Assembly: GCA_038212275.1 (NCBI GenBank)
Contig: JBBQUR010000010.1
Span: 96,001-160,000 of the forward strand
DNA length: 64,000 bases
Reading direction: 5' to 3'
Origin: Planctomycetota bacterium
GTDB taxonomy: Bacteria > Planctomycetota > B15-G4
A program made the position numbers and the translations under genes. Position 1 is the stretch's first letter; every line of letters starts with the position of its first letter. Below are positions 61,464-64,000 of the stretch, in pieces. Below the pieces are notes generated by a model, which did no database searches, was not told where the DNA came from, and was given only the letters and a program-made list of their open reading frames with translations.

Positions 61464-63226
61464 ATGCCGCGTTCGGTGCGTGGACTGTCAACGACTTGGA
61501 GCGTGTCGCGATCTTTCTCGGGGCGCTGCTGCTGCTCGCCGGGCCGCTGGGCCTGTTCATGGCGCGCATCTTCACGGGCAAACGCACGTGGGTGTCCGCG
61601 CTTCTCGATCCCGTCGAGCGCCAGGCGTACCGCCTCGCCGGCGTGCGGCCGGACGCGGAGATGACGTGGCGCGGCTACGCGGGTGCGGTGCTGCTCTTCA
61701 ATCTCGCCGGGCTGCTGCTGGTGTATGCGCTGCAGCGACTGCAGGGCGCGCTGCCGTTCAATCCGGACGGCCTGCCCGGCGTCGCGCCGGACCTGGCTTT
61801 CAACACGGCGGTCAGCTTCGCCACCAACACCAACTGGCAGGCTTACGGCGGCGAGACCACGATGTCCTGGCTCACGCAGATGCTCGCGCTCTGCGTGCAG
61901 AACTTCGTGTCGGCGGCGACGGGCATCGCGGTGCTGGTGGCGCTCGCGCGCGGCGTGCAGCGCCAGCGCAGCGCGACCATCGGCAGCTTCTGGGTGGACC
62001 TCGTGCGCGCCACGCTGCACGTGCTGCTGCCGCTCTCGGTGCTGCTGGCGCTGGCGCTCGTCGTGCAGGGCGTGCCGCAGACGCTGCAGCCCGCGGCGCA
62101 CGCCACGCTCACGGCGCCGACCGTGGATGGCCAGGGCGCGCCGGTCACGGAGCAGGTCATCGCGCGCGGGCCGGTGGCCTCGCAGGTGGCCATCAAGCAG
62201 CTCGGCACGAACGGCGGCGGCTTCTTCAACGTGAACTCGGCGCACCCGTTCGAGAACCCGACGCCCGTGTCCAACCTGCTGCAGATGCTGGCCATCCTGG
62301 CCCTCGCCGCGGCGCTGTGCGTGACGTGGGGCCGGCTGGTGGGCGACGTCCGCCACGGCCGCGCGCTGCTGTGCGTGATGCTGCTGCTCTTCGTGCCTCT
62401 GCTCGCGGTCTGCCTCGGGGCGGAGCGTCACGCGGGCCCGGCGCTGGCGCAACCCGGCGTGGACGTGGCGGCCTCCGAGCTGGCGCCCGGCGGCAACATG
62501 GAGGGCAAGGAGCTGCGCTTCGGCATCGCGGACTCGGCGATCTGGGCCAGCGCCACCACCGCGGCGAGCAACGGTTCGGTCAACTCGATGCACGACAGCT
62601 ACACGCCGCTCGGCGGGCTCGTGCCGATGGTGTTCATGCAGCTCGGCGAGGTGGTCTTCGGCGGCGTCGGCTCCGGGCTCTACGGGCTCGTGCTGTTCGC
62701 GCTGCTCGCGGTGTTCATCGCGGGACTGATGGTCGGGCGCACGCCGGAGTATCTCGGCAAGAAGATCGAGGCCTTCGAGATGAAGATGGCGTCGCTGGCG
62801 ATCCTGCTGCCATGCCTCGCGGTGCTGGTCGGCACCGCGCTGGCCGTCTCGTCGGGCGCCGGGCGCGCGGGCGTCTTCAATCCTGGTGCGCACGGCTTCT
62901 CGGAGATCCTGTACGCCCTGTCGTCGGCGGGCAACAACAACGGCAGCGCCTTTGCGGGGCTGTCGGCGAACACGCCGTTCTACAACGCGCTGCTCGGCCT
63001 CGCGATGCTGGTGAGCCGCTACTGGGTCATGATCCCGACGCTGGCCATCGCCGGCGCGCTCGCGGCCAAGACGCGCGTGCCGGTGAGCGCCGGCACGCTG
63101 CCGACGCACGGGCCGCTGTTCGTGGCGCTCGTGGCGGGCATCGTCGTTGTCGTCGGTGCGCTCACGTTCTTCCCGGCGCTCGCGCTCGGGCCGATCGTCG
63201 AGCAACTGAGTCTTGCGGGAGGCTGA
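61460..63226 (+). CDS. kdpA: K+-transporting ATPase subunit A
   Basis: [50 protein letters not shown]. Confidence 0.96.
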   Translation: MNAAFGAWTVNDLERVAIFLGALLLLAGPLGLFMARIFTGKRTWVSALLDPVERQAYRLAGVRPDAEMTWRGYAGAVLLFNLAGLLLVYALQRLQGALPFNPDGLPGVAPDLAFNTAVSFATNTNWQAYGGETTMSWLTQMLALCVQNFVSAATGIAVLVALARGVQRQRSATIGSFWVDLVRATLHVLLPLSVLLALALVVQGVPQTLQPAAHATLTAPTVDGQGAPVTEQVIARGPVASQVAIKQLGTNGGGFFNVNSAHPFENPTPVSNLLQMLAILALAAALCVTWGRLVGDVRHGRALLCVMLLLFVPLLAVCLGAERHAGPALAQPGVDVAASELAPGGNMEGKELRFGIADSAIWASATTAASNGSVNSMHDSYTPLGGLVPMVFMQLGEVVFGGVGSGLYGLVLFALLAVFIAGLMVGRTPEYLGKKIEAFEMKMASLAILLPCLAVLVGTALAVSSGAGRAGVFNPGAHGFSEILYALSSAGNNNGSAFAGLSANTPFYNALLGLAMLVSRYWVMIPTLAIAGALAAKTRVPVSAGTLPTHGPLFVALVAGIVVVVGALTFFPALALGPIVEQLSLAGG

Positions 63227-63227
63227 C

Positions 63228-64000
63228 ATGAGCAGCATGAGTCACGACACGACCTCGAGCCGCAAGTCCGGCACCGGCTCGCCCTGGAGCGGCGCGCTGC
63301 TGCGGGAAGCGGTGTTCCAGTCTTTCGTGAAGCTGGACCCGCGCGTGCAGATCCGCAACCCGGTGATGTTCGTGGTGTGGGTCGGCTGCGTGCTGACCAG
63401 CGTGCTGTGGGCGCAGGCGCTGGCCGGCGCCGGCGAGGCGCCGACGTGGTTCATCGGCAGCGTGTGCCTCTGGCTCTGGTTCACCGTGCTCTTCGCGAAC
63501 CTCGCGGAGTCCGTGGCGGAAGGCCGCGGCAAGGCGCAGGCCGACACGCTGCGCAAAGCGCGCAGCGAGAGCGTCGCGCACCGTCTCGCGGGGCCGCTGC
63601 GCGAGGCGACCGCAGCCGCGGCCGCCGTCGCTACGGCGGGCGCAACGGGCGGCACGGCGGGCGCAACCGGCTTGATGGGCGCGAACGCCCGGTCCGCAGG
63701 CTCGGGGTCACTGCTCGTCCCGGCCAGCGAGCTGCGCAAGGGCGACCACGTGCTCGTCTCAGCGGGCGAGTCCATCCCGGCCGACGGCGACGTCGTGCAG
63801 GGCGTCGCCTCCGTGGACGAGAGCGCGATCACCGGCGAGAGCGCGCCCGTCATCCGCGAGAGCGGCGGCGACCGTTGCGCCGTCACCGGCGGCACGCGCG
63901 TGCTGTCGGACTGGATCGTGGTGCGCATCACGGCCGAGCCGGGCGAGGGCTTCCTCGAGCGCATGATCGCGATGGTCGAGGGCAGCAGCCGGCGCCGCAC
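63228..64000 (+). CDS. kdpB: K+-transporting ATPase subunit B, runs off the window end
   Basis: [59 protein letters not shown]. Confidence 0.95.
   Translation, partial: MSSMSHDTTSSRKSGTGSPWSGALLREAVFQSFVKLDPRVQIRNPVMFVVWVGCVLTSVLWAQALAGAGEAPTWFIGSVCLWLWFTVLFANLAESVAEGRGKAQADTLRKARSESVAHRLAGPLREATAAAAAVATAGATGGTAGATGLMGANARSAGSGSLLVPASELRKGDHVLVSAGESIPADGDVVQGVASVDESAITGESAPVIRESGGDRCAVTGGTRVLSDWIVVRITAEPGEGFLERMIAMVEGSSRRR

Overview
Very GC-rich bacterial chromosomal segment. The gene content (mcsA-mcsB-clpC, YdjY-like domain, DUF1844, DUF1800/DUF1501, many carboxypeptidase-regulatory-like repeat proteins, kdsB) suggests a Planctomycetota-type organism; this is inference. Most of the window is housekeeping: nnrD, pepN, two tRNA-Ser genes, murD, mcsA/mcsB/clpC, tricorn protease, metG, asparaginase, acyl-CoA dehydrogenase, Rrf2-globin, pyrG/kdsB, anmK, mtnP and kdpFAB. 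Two visibly AT-richer accessory islands stand out. (1) About 27.9-31.2 kb: decayed remnants of defence genes (YhcG/DUF1016, probable helicase C-terminus, Eco57I-like RM C-terminus) surround an intact, translationally coupled three-gene cassette (TIGR04255-like protein, small unknown protein, putative ADP-ribosyltransferase-like protein). This is the best candidate for an undescribed tripartite toxin-antitoxin or anti-phage system. (2) 46020-49452: a 3.4-kb IS1595-family element with 22-bp imperfect terminal inverted repeats, an 8-bp target duplication and passenger genes including a Panacea antitoxin/MazF-like toxin pair. It appears to have inserted between the -35 and -10 of the promoter upstream of kdsB-pyrG. 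Window-wide patterns are progressive short tandem-repeat expansions inside conserved enzymes, probable leaderless promoters, and several candidate operator sites. All family assignments come from motif recognition by eye; no database search was run.
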